In this document: positions 29,201 through 41,200 of the stretch, piece by piece
Position numbering within the stretch: the first letter of the stretch is position 1
Layout: each line of letters starts with the position of its first letter
Source: Squalus acanthias
Taxonomy: Eukaryota
DNA length: 64,000 bases
NCBI GenBank assembly: GCA_030390025.1
Contig: CM059434.1
Location: 45,446,001-45,510,000, forward strand
Reading direction: 5' to 3'
The notes under the pieces: generated by a model
Databases searched by the model: none
What the model saw: only the letters and a program-made list of their open reading frames with translations
Told to the model about the DNA's origin: nothing
Translations under genes and position numbers: made by a program

Positions 29201-32200
29201 TCTTAGCTCCACCCAAACTGATTCTACTTCTTGATGTTTGGAGCTAAGATCCTTTCTCTCTACTGTCTTTATTCCATCCTTTATTATCAGGGCTACCCCT
29301 CCTCCTTTTCCATTTTGCCTATCTCTTCTAAAAGTTAAGTATCCTGCAATATTTAGTTCCCAACCTTGGTCACTTTGCAACCACGGGGGGCGATTTTGTG
29401 AATGGGGACGCGTTGGAGGCGGGACTGCTGATTTTCTGGTCGATGTCCCACCTCCATCGATGTGTGGCCAACCTACGCTATTTTTCCTTGATTGACCTTC
29501 TTAAACCCGCCCAGTGCGCTTAGCAGGCCAATCAAGGGAAAGCCGGTTGCAGAGCACGTCAATGTATGACGTTTCATCTGTCAAAAATTTTTGACAGATG
29601 AATTGTCATCGTTTGACAGCTCTGTGAAGCTGCCAAACAGTGACATTCTCTGCAGTTTGATGAGGTCTTGCATACAAGACCTCATCAACCTTCTTTCTTT
29701 TACAGAAATTAGATAGTTGTTGCATCAGAGAATGCAATGTTCATCTCTCATCCGCAACACGGAGGTCCGAGAGTCTCCGCATACAAACCGACTGAAGCCT
29801 GCAGGAAGAAACAAAGGTAAGTACACTTTTAAAAACACTTTGCACTTACCTCAGATACTCACCTCTACACTCTTGCAGCCATCACTTTACCTTCACACCA
29901 CACTTTTGCACCCCTCCCAACCCCCGCAGACCCAGTACTCGCCTCACTGAGCTGGCGGGTTTTGGAGCCTTCGGGAAGCCCGCGCTTGTGAGGGCAAAAA
30001 GGGGATAATCCTATTTTCTGCCTGTTAACTACTTGTTAACAGGCAGTTAATAGGCTTAAGTCCCTTCCTGCCTTCAAGGAGACGGGACCCGGCGCGGGAC
30101 GGCTACCCACCTCCTGGGAAGATGGCATGGAGGCGGGCTGGGTGCGGGTTGGGCACCTGTCCCCAAATTCTGCCATTTTCCCGGCAGTCCTGCCTCCATA
30201 CCCGCCTCCCCAGGGCTGATAAAATCGCCCCCCCACATCTCCGTAATGGCTATTAGATCAAACCTATTAATTTCTATCTCTGCTATTAATCTGTAAGAGG
30301 TGCGGAAATTGCCCCTCGCCCCGTCAAACAGTTTCCAAAGTTCAGACCCGTCGAGCAGACAACACAAAACACAATGAATCTGTGAAAACTTCTTTTACTT
30401 AAACATCAGCAAGAGATTACAAGTAATCCGATAGTCTTGTAATGTATAATAATTCCCAATTATACCTAAACATACACAGAGCTATCCCTTTACTTTATGC
30501 TCAAGCAAAACAAAACCACATACGTACTAACACCAATGATTGGTCAATTCGACTGTGACTAGACGTATGATTTCTGGCAACTGACCAGGTCGCCCATCCC
30601 GACTGCAGCAGTGAGTGTCTTGAAACAGCACCTGTTATACCCCCAAATATGGCAACCCTCCCACTGCGTACGTGTCCCTAACTATACGGCATAATGGTCA
30701 TCAGTTGTTTCTCAGACCCTCTTATCACTAGTCAGTTAGGCATCCATGGGCCTTCAAGATTACATTCCAAAGTCTGAAGATGTTTCCACAGTTCAATAGT
30801 CTGTTGTCACAGGAGCCCCTCAATTTCCCGAAGCATGCTGGTATACCAAAATGTGGTCAAGTTTGTTTTCAGTTTTGGTCAAGTTACAGCAATATTTACA
30901 GCAAATGGGTTATTCTTACAAATTCATCTATTTTGTTGCGAATGTTTCACGCATTCAGATATAATGCCTTTAGCTTTGACTTTTTTCTATTTTTTCCTGA
31001 TGTCACCTTAGTCACTGACGCCCTATTACCTTTGTTACTCTCTCTGTCCCTTCCTGACCCACTCTTCTTATTTTTACTCAAAACTCTGCCCTGCTCTAGA
31101 GCCTTGACATTTCTCTTGCTGCTTTTAAATTTACTCTTTCCTGAATTCTCCCATCTCCCCCCCCATCTTCATTAGTTTAAAGCCCTGCCTACTGCCCTAG
31201 TTATTCGATTCGCCAGGACACTGGTCCCAGCCCGGTTTAAGTGGACCCCATTCCAACAGAATAGCTCCCTCTTTCCCCAGTACTGGTGTCAGTGCCCCGT
31301 GAAGCAAAACCCTTGTCTCCCACACCACTCTTTGAGCCTCGCATTTAAACCTCTAATCTGTTTGTCCCTATGCCAATTGGCCCGTGGCTCAGGTAACAAT
31401 CCTGAGATTATTACCTTTGAGGTTCTGCTTTTTAATTTGGATCCTAGCTCCTCAAACTCTCTCAGCAGAACCTCATCTCTAGTTCTACCTATGTCGTTGG
31501 TTCTTACGTGGACAATGACAACTGGATCCTCCCCTTCCCACTCCAAGTTCTTCTCCAGCCGTGAGGGGATGTCTTTAACCCTGGCACCGGGCAGACAACA
31601 CAACCCTCGGAACTTCCGGACGCAGCTGTAGGGAACAGTATCTATCCCTCTGACTATACTGTCCCCTACCACAACTACATTCCCTTTCACTCCCCCCACT
31701 TGAATGGCCTCCTGCGCCATGGTGCCATGGTCAGCTTGCTCACCCATCCTGCAGGCTTTTCCCTCATCCACACAGGCAGCAAGAGCCTCATACCTTTTGG
31801 ATAAGGGCAAATGGCGAGGCTCCTCCAGCACTTCACCTGGGGTCCCCTTACCTGCCTGAGTTGCAGTCATACCCTCCTGTCCCTGACCACTAACCAGCCC
31901 TGTACCACTACTTAACCTAAGGGGTGTGACTGCCTCCTGGATCAAAGTGTTCAGGCTAGGAATGGGAGATGTGCCTCGTGATTGGTACAGATTGTTGGTA
32001 GGTGGATGATTGGAGGGGGAGTCGTGCATTGAGCAGTGGGTGAGGCTAGTGATGCAGTTAGTAGGAGATGACTATTGAAATTGCATTCACTGATCTTGAC
32101 CAGTGGTCTGAGGTCATGAAGCTTTTTTGGGCACTGGCGCCAGGTGCTGTGGGCGACACCGCTAGCAGTGACGGCCTCGGTGATTTGGTCCCACATCGTT

Positions 32201-35200
32201 CTTTCTAGCGGGCCTCCTGGACCCTGTGGGTAGAGCACCTCTCTTGCAGTGTTGACCCCCTGTACAAAGCTGGAGTTTTATGCATGCTGAGCCATTTGTG
32301 TTCGTGCTGAATACTTACCTTTAAGCCTCTTCTCTTCCTTCACTCATGGATCTGATCGTCTCTGACCTAAAATTGCAATTTTATGTCGTAGGACCTCAAT
32401 TTCTATATTAGAAGGGGCCTATCACCTGAATCAGGTGAACACTTTGGACACCTGCTTGAAGGCCCCTTTTAAAATGGAGCTGGCCGCATCGTCTGTGTTA
32501 ATGAGACGGTAAGGCTACCAACCACATTTTGAGGCCATTACCACCCCATTAACGTCAGGCCAAGGCACTCAAAATCGACCCCACCCAGTGGTCAACACCT
32601 GCAACTATATGTAGACTGGAAGCACGTCTTCGATTTTTAGCATCACAGGCTGATATATTAAGGGAAAATCTTATTAAAAACATTACTGCACCACCAGATC
32701 AGGTATGGTGGCATAGTAGTTATGTCACTGGACTAGTAATCCAGAGGCCTGGACTAATGATCCAGAGACATGAGTTCAAACTCACCACAGCAGCTGGGGA
32801 ATTTAAATTCAATTAAATAAATCTGGAATAAAAAGCTAATATCAGTAATGGTGACCATGAAACTACCAGATTGTCGTAAAAACCCTACTGGTTCACTAAT
32901 GTCCTTTAGGGAATGAAATCTGTCGTCCTTACCCGGTCTGGCCTATATGTGACTCCAGACCCACAGCAATGTGGTTGACTCTTAACTGCCCTCTGAAATG
33001 GCCCAGCAAGTCACTCAGTTGTATTCAAGAAGGCAGCTCACCACCACCTTCTCGAGAGCGATTAGGGATGGGCAATAAACGCTGGCCTTGCCGGCGACGT
33101 CCACATCCTGTGAATGAATTAAAAACATGTGGACACAATTAACAATGCAAACCTCATATGTACTGTTGACAAAGGTCTTTTGAATAGAAAGATGCCAGGA
33201 CATACCAATTTTAATAATATATAGATTATGTAAGTTAACAGTTAATTCTTTATTAAATTATGAAATGTTTAATTTCTTGAACTCTTGGCATTTATATTCT
33301 ATTCTAGTCCCACTCCAGAGATTTAAGCACAGAAATCTAGGCTGACACTCCAGTGCAGTACTGAGGGAGTGCTGCACTGTCGGAGGTGTCGTCTTTCGGA
33401 TGAGATGTTAAACTGAGGCCCCGTCTGCTCTCTCAGGTGGACGTAAAAGATCCCATGGCACTATTTCGAAGAAGAGCAGGGGAGTTATCCCCACTGTACT
33501 GGCCAATATTTATCCCTCAACCAACATCACTAAAACAGATTATCTGGTCATTATCACATTGCTGTTTGTGGGAGCTTGCTGTGCGCAAATTGGCTGCTGC
33601 GTTTCCTACATTACAACAGTGACTACACTTCAGAAGAGTCTTCCATTGGCTGTAAAACACTTTGGGATGTCCGGTGGTCATGAAAGGCGCTATATAAATG
33701 CAAGTCTTTCTTTCATTCTTTCCAGACTACAATGTAGGTGATGAAGAAACAAAAGCATTTATGAACAATGAATTACCTGGCTGTAGAACAGAGTCAGAAG
33801 TACCAGAAATTGAAGCAGGTAAGCCATTAGCCATTTGTATCGCACAATATTTTTCTCTTTTCCATCTAGATCTCAGGGAGAGTATAAATACCCAGGTATG
33901 GGCCCAGCTTGCTTAGGACATTCCTCAACAGGAACTAGTGAAGACACAACTAGATCTCCATGTTGTAAAACAGTTGATTAAAGCTTTGTTTAACGCTTAG
34001 ACCAAGTGCCTAGTAGTTTTCTTACGTCACTCACCACTGGCGATAATAAGAATGGAACTGGATGTAATGGTTCTTATTTTGTGTGTTCCTAAACACTATT
34101 TGTGCTTGAATTATAATCTTGAGTTTTGTTTTTGTAATAATATCCGGATTTTGACCAAGTCCTGATTTGTACCAGATCTTATATATTATGATAAAGTCCC
34201 TCATAAGAGACTGTTAGCTAAAGTTGAAACTCTTGGAACTGAAGGCAAATTATTGACCTGATTAGGAAATTGGCTAAGCGGCAGGAGACAGAGAAGAGAT
34301 AAAGGACAGGTCCTCTAATTGGCAGGATATGACTAGTGGTGTCCCGCAAGGATCTGTTTTGGGGCCTCAACTATTCACCATACTTATTAACGACTTAGAT
34401 GATGGGATAGAAAGCCACATATCCAAGTTTGCCAATGACACAAAGATAGGCAGCATTGTAAGCATTGTAGATGGAAGCATAAAATTATAAAGAGATATTA
34501 ATAGATTAAGCGAATGTGCAAAAATGTGGCAAATGAATTTCAATGTAGGCAAATGTGAGGTCATCCACTTTGGACCTAAAAAGGATAGATCAGAGTACCT
34601 TCAAAATGGTTAAAATCTAGAAGCAGTGAAGGTCCAAAGAGACTTGGGGGTCCAGATACATAGATCATTAAAATGTCATGGACAGGTACAGAAAATAATC
34701 AAAAAGGCTAATGGAATGCTGGCCTTTATATCTAGAGGACTAGAATACAAGTGGGTAGAAGTTATACTACAGCTATGCAAAGAGAGAAATTATTTCCGCT
34801 GGTAGGGGAGTCGAGGTCTAGGGGGCATAGTCTAAAAATTAGAGCCAGGCCTTTCAGGAGTGAAGTTAGGAAACATTTCTACACACAAAGGGTGGTAGAA
34901 GTTTGGAACTCTCTTCTGCAAATGACAATTGATGCTAAGTCAGTTGTTAATTTTAAATCTAAGATTGATAGATTTTTGTTAACCAAAGATATTAAGGGAT
35001 ATTGGGCAAAGGTGGATATTTGGGGTTAGGTCACAGATCAGCCATGATCTCATTGAGTGGCGGAACAGGTTAGAGGGGCTAAATGGCCTACTCCTGTTCC
35101 TATGTTATTCCTACATTATAACAGTGACTACACTTCAAAAAGTACTTCATTGGTTGTAAAGTGCTTTGGGATGTCCGGTGGTCTTGAAAGGTGCTATATA

Positions 35201-38200
35201 AATGCAAGTCTTTCCTTTCTTTATATATTTGTTCCACACACACCAATCTTGAAAACTATCACAATATGATGAACAGTTTAAAAAAATGGAAGAAGGTTGT
35301 GGCACAAATTTTGGGGATCTTACCTCATTTCTTGCTAAGAAATCACAGGTTGTTGTGCCATGTATTGGCACTGTCTGTTGCTATATCTGATTATTAAAGT
35401 GTTTTGAAAAGGTTTATATGTCTGTCGCGGTGTGACATACTGGCCTTCTTGTCCCCATTCCCAGGACAGAGACACCTTTTTCCCTTTTCCTTGGTTTGTG
35501 CTGTCATTTCTCTTCATCTCCTGCTAGTTCTTCTGCCGCACCCTTCAGTTTATGCTAGTACTGTCTACCCGAGTTCTTGCTAGCACTGTCTATCTACTGT
35601 TTCTTCTCTCTTTTCCTCACTCAGTTCACATCAGTACTCTTCTCAACCCCAAACCTCCCTCTCCCCTGCTCCTTGTTCATTTCGAGATTCTTTTATAACT
35701 GTGCAGGGGCAGACTCGGCCATCGCGATCCAAAGAGGCATCTGGGGCTCTGACTGAGGGGACGGGGGGCAGGCTGTGGGGGAGAAGTGTGAGCACTTTGA
35801 GAGGAGCCCCCACTCCCATGTCCCCTCTCACCATCATCCCTCTCATGGGCCACCCGCACTTCCCTGCTAGTAAGGAGCTGGAGAGCACCTTGCTGCACAG
35901 CAGTGGGGCCATGAGGACCCAAGTCTACGTTTGCATCCTGGTAGAGAGGAGGTCTATGAGCTGCTGCCATCTGTTGTCCATAGCTGGCATGTGCTCATGT
36001 GAGTGGTGCATTAGCTGCTCCGTGCAAGTGGCCATCCTTTCCATGGAAGAGCACATCGTCGCCATCGCCTGTGACATGATGGTGCTCATATTGGAGATGG
36101 ACTCCTCCATTCTCTGCAGATTTACAGACATCACGGCTGCAAAACCTGCCAGAGCCTCCTGCATTTCTTGCTGCCCCTCCAGGATCACCCTCTTTCTCAA
36201 TGGCCCCCGAGGCTCAGCGTCTGCCTGAAGCTGAGCAGAGCTTGGAGCGTCTTGCGCCCTCCGGCGAGGAGTCTCCACTGCTGTCCCTGTCTCCACCATC
36301 TGCTCTTGCTCACTTGTGACTTGTGAGACACCAGGTGACAACACTACTCTATCTCACATAGGACCCACCAAGGTGTGCGTATCCGTGCTGGTGCTGGGTT
36401 CGCTTGGCTCTGCTGACGGCGCACCCTCAGAGGCTGGAGGCTCCTCTGAGGAGTCGTCTTCCTCTTCTGGCTGGACAGTGGTGGGAGCTCTTGATGGACC
36501 TGTGGGAGAGTAAAGAGATGATTTAGAAATATTTTATTAAGAATGGGTAAAGTTACAATTATGCACATGATGAACATTCACTGGCTGCTGACATCAGTCA
36601 CCATATGAGTGACTACTGTATGCCATGTGGCTGTATGAGATGTAATTTCGTCACCAGGTTGCTGAGAGACCCCCCTCTCTCAGTCTCCCACCGCCAGCAG
36701 CTCTGCAACTCTTGAGACCTGCAGGGCCACCTCCTCTGCTGGAGTTAAAGTGCTGAATGATGGAGGGCCACCTCCGGTTCTCTCCCTCTTGTTGTGTGCT
36801 CTCTTCTCCTGTAAGGAGGGAAAGAGGAGAAGTTTGAGTGAGAGTGATGGCATAAGTGTAAGGATTGTGTGGGTTACATCTGTTGAGAGTGACTATGAGG
36901 GAGTGGGGTGCCAATGCCAAATGGCCTCCTTTTGTGGTGTTACTTGTTATGATTGCATTAGGATGAGGGTGAGTGTGAGGTTGGTTAGTCAGAGGGGGAT
37001 GTGAGTATGTATATAGATGTGCAAGGTATGTTGGTGTGAGTAATGATGTCAGGAGTAGGCTTGGGAAAGCAGAGTGATGGGGATGTGGTGACAGGCACAG
37101 CAGGATGAAAGTGGGTGTGGCTTGGCATCTTCTCATCAGATCACTGAAGCGCTTCCGACACTGCACCCAGGTCTGCCTCACCACATCTCTGCTGTTCACC
37201 TCCTCAGCTATTTGGAGCCAGGCTCTTTTTGTCTCTTTGGGAGGTCTCTTCCACCCATCAACAGGGAAGAGGACCTCCCTGCGTGCTCTGACTCCCTCCA
37301 CAAGAATATGTAGGGAGTCTTCGGAAAACCTGAGTGCAACCCTTTGTCTTTGGGAAGTCACGTTTAGCAATCTCAGCAATAACAAGATCCTCCAATATAC
37401 TCCCTCCACGCGATGTGGCCAAGGCTGCTTTAAATAGCCCCGCTGCAAATGAGTCATCGATGACATCATCAGACCCGCACCATTGAATAGGGCTGGGAAA
37501 CGCGCATGTCTGCCTTAATGGGGGCCATTAACTGAAAGTCGCTCTGAGGAGCGGGCTGATCAATACATTGAAGTACCAACCCGCCACGCGACCCGCATGC
37601 TCCCGACCCGACACGACACGGTGAGGAAAATTCTGGTAATAAGATGGATAAAGTATCTGATCAAATTTCAAAATGGCATCATTTATTTAAGGTGAGACAC
37701 ACAGAAGAGGAGTACAGTTAGCTAAAGCTAATTGATCCAAAAGGGGAATGATTGTCTTTTAAAAATGTATCCCTTAATCCAATGTGAGCCAAAGATGAAA
37801 AAAAATGATCCTGTTCATTGGGTCCTGCCTGCGCTCCCTCTAATATCCTCATAGTAACATGGTAGCACTCCAATGTTCAGGGCTGATATCAGGTTGAAGG
37901 GATAATTACAAGTCCTAGCCCTTTCGGACTACCCCACATCAGGCGTATTCCCCAGACGTTCACCTTCAACTAAAGTTAGAGATAGCCGAATCCCATAAGA
38001 CGCTTAATTGGGTCTAAAGGTCAGACTATCTCTCCCTAAAGGAAAGAGATGGTTTGAAGATGTTACCGTCCTCCGGATAGTATTTTAATAAGTTTAACTA
38101 GACTGTAACCTTCCGGATATTATGAGGGTCCGGAATACCCCCCAGAATTCTGCAACTCCTCACTGAAGAGTGTACAGAAATTGAGTTTGTGAGATGATAC

Positions 38201-41200
38201 AGAAATACTCTGTGAGATAATTTTAAAAATATATAGATTTATTTAAGAACCAACATTTAGTTTAACAGCTGGTATGGCATTCACAACTTTAACCGTTCAA
38301 AATACAAATAGCTTACATTTCTTATCAGAGATCCTTATTCTCAAATCTTAACTTCGTTACATTTCCACACTTCTACTTATTTCTTAATCCAGAATATCCA
38401 CCAAAATCAAATACCTTGATTTACCCGAGACTCAAAGTTAAAAACTTACAGAGCGTGCATGTGAAGTTGAGAAACGCTTGCCCTGTTCAGCGACTTCTGA
38501 CTTTCCATTTGAAAAGCTCTTATTTTTATATCTTTTTTTGGTGGTTTATCCTTTGAAGTTTTCCTGATGTAAGCTAATTGTCTCAAGTCATTCTTTGCTG
38601 ACTTTCTTCTATTCTTTACTGTCATTTCAGCTGTTAGCTTTTAGACTTCTGTCTCCTGTTTAGGTGTTTAAAAAAGCATCATAAAAAACAATATGACAGT
38701 AGTATTTATTTGATGTGATTCTTATTGAAGGTTTTCCATTCAATTCTAACACTACTTTAACTGGTTATTATCACTCTTTGTGACTCCATGGTATTCCAAG
38801 TTCAGTACAAGAACAATGTAATTGCTTGGTGTATCTATTGATGTTATATTTTCAAAGTCTCTCTGTAGGTACTTTTTACAATTTGTAAACACTTCATCTA
38901 GGGTGTTTTTTGCATTTCTTATTTACTTCAATTGGTTATACCATGTCTCCTGTTTCTAAGTTTAACATAAAACTATTTTACGGCAGGTATTTCTTTTACT
39001 TGATGTCATTTTTTCAAAGGCACTTGGTTTTTTTAATGTTCAGTGCACCTGTTCGACGTGTTAGATTTTGACACTTTTCTTGGGTCATTCCTATTGTTTC
39101 GTTCCAAACTCTAGACATTCTGGAAGCACCAATGGTTTGCTTCAATAGGGGCTTTGTCTCTGTATTTACAAACCAATTCCCATTTCAAAGCTTGTGTTCA
39201 CAGCTTTGTGTTAACAACTGATCTTTATCTCAGAAGCCTGTATTTCTGTTTTACGGCTTGTGTCGTTGAGGCTTTTAGATTTTTAACCCCAGTTTGTCAT
39301 GTTTTAATATTATCAAATCTGTTTATAGGATGATGTATTTCTTGGAATATGGCTATTTCCTTCAGAAGGTTGTGTGTCGCTCATGCACCCTTGCAGCTTC
39401 TCGAGGCCTGCCCCACCGATGTAGATGACCTGTCCCTGGCATTTAGGACAGGATCTGGACTTGTCTGTTCAGGTGGATTTAGGGTTCGCTTTTCTGCTTT
39501 CTCTCTGGTGCAGCAGCACTACAGGACTTCAGGAGCAAAAATTAAGATTGTCTGAATGGATTGACGTTTCTTGTCTCAGAAAGCATTGAAAATCTTACGG
39601 CTGAAATTTCTTTCCTTTGTTTGAATGCAGCGTTGAATGCAGAGGAAACAAAAGAAACAGATGATGGCGATAAGGGAGCACGAAGTAACCTTGCTACTTA
39701 CAATACTGTGAAACAAGAAAAGACAACATGTGCAACCGACGATGCAGGTAATAATTTTGTTGAAACGACTCATCTATTATTGAAAATGAAAAGCAGAATT
39801 GTTTGTAGTCCAGGTTTTGAAGTCTGCACATTGTGACTTCAGAAATTCCTGGAGGTATTACCTGCATCATTCAACACTCTTGCTTCTGAGTCAGCAGGTA
39901 TTGTGTTGAAGTCCCATTCCAGGCCTTGAGCAAATACCCCGACTGACACCCCAGTACAATGGAAAGATGCACTGTCACGTCGCCATCATATTCAGACGAG
40001 ATGAAGCTCCTCTTTTCTAAAATTCAGAAATTGATGACATTTTCTTCTGAGAACTCCACTGATGTATCCTTACATCAAAGTACAGTATTTTTACAATCAT
40101 TGGACCACATTAAGATTTTGTGCTAGTACATGACTGGGGCATTTGAATAACCAAGTTGTGGATTTTCGCCTCTATTATTTGAAGCTGGTTGACTGAGGTA
40201 AATTCAGGGCAGCGAGATAAACCTACTAGCAGTTAATATTCTCAGTGAGCAACAATTCTGCATTATTCTAAAGATCTTTAGTGCGGCGCCAGTCTGAGAA
40301 ATTATATTATCTCTCCTTGGATGCAGTTGCATTGTGCTCAACTGAATGCCTGTGTATTCTTTCAGTATTGGCCAAAAGCATAATCACTGCAGTTTCTGCT
40401 CTGTTACACTAAGGGTTTTACAATGTATACAGTGTTTTTTTGTGCTCATTTAGAATCAGAGCAAACCTCTGCAAGAGAACAAAGCAATACTGACAAAAGA
40501 AAGCACCGTGCAGAGGATCAAAGTAAAGAAGAAGGTGAGTTGCAAAGGATCAATAAGCAAGGAACTGAAGCTGTGATCAATCAGTTGGGTAAAGTATCTG
40601 ACCTAATAAAATAATGTCATCATCAGCTATAATCTGTGTTGTGGTGCTAATATGTATAGCGCTTGGCTTTGGCATTTACATTTGGAGAAACCATCGAAAA
40701 GGTAAGCTACTTCTTAATCTTATAAATAAGTGATTGAATCTGTTAATAATTTCTCTTTTTTTAGTTTATTCTTGGATTATGGGAGTCGCTAGCAAGGCCA
40801 GCACTTATTGCCCATTCCAAGCTGCCCTTGAGAAGGTAGTCGTGAGCCTACTTCTTGAACCCCTGCAGTTCATGTGGTGAAAGTACTCCCACAATGCTGT
40901 TGGGTAGGGTGCTCCATAATTTTTACCCAACGATGATGAAGTAACGATGATATATTTCCAAGTCATGGTGGTTTGTGACTCGGGAGGGGAACGTGGAGGC
41001 GATGCGCCTGCTGCTCTTGGCCTTCTAGGTGGTGGAGAGCATGGGTTTAAGGAGGTCCTGTCGAAGTAGCCTTGGTGAGTTACTGCACTGCATCCTGTAG
41101 ATAGTACATAATGCAGTCACCGTACACTGGTGATGAAGGGAATGGATGTTTAAGGTGATGAATGGCTGCTGATCAAGTGGACAGCTTTGTCCTGGATTGT

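Larger units (their letters stand above)
27585..31953 (-). mobile_element. CR1 LINE (ORF1 SGNH esterase + ORF2 5' half) with nested MITE and solo LTR
   Basis: ORF1 [17 protein letters not shown]; ORF2 APE/RT fragments. Confidence 0.93.

Noticed and set aside
32705-32790. tRNA gene
   Set aside because: A/B boxes only, no cloverleaf; it is a SINE head
37890-39555. Possible LTR/ERV relic (TG start, - strand TATA and AATAAA)
   Set aside because: Could not find a matching terminus, TSD, PBS or coding remnant
39691-39710. LATYNTV as ITIM/ITSM
   Set aside because: Y-2 residue is Ala, so only a generic YxxV
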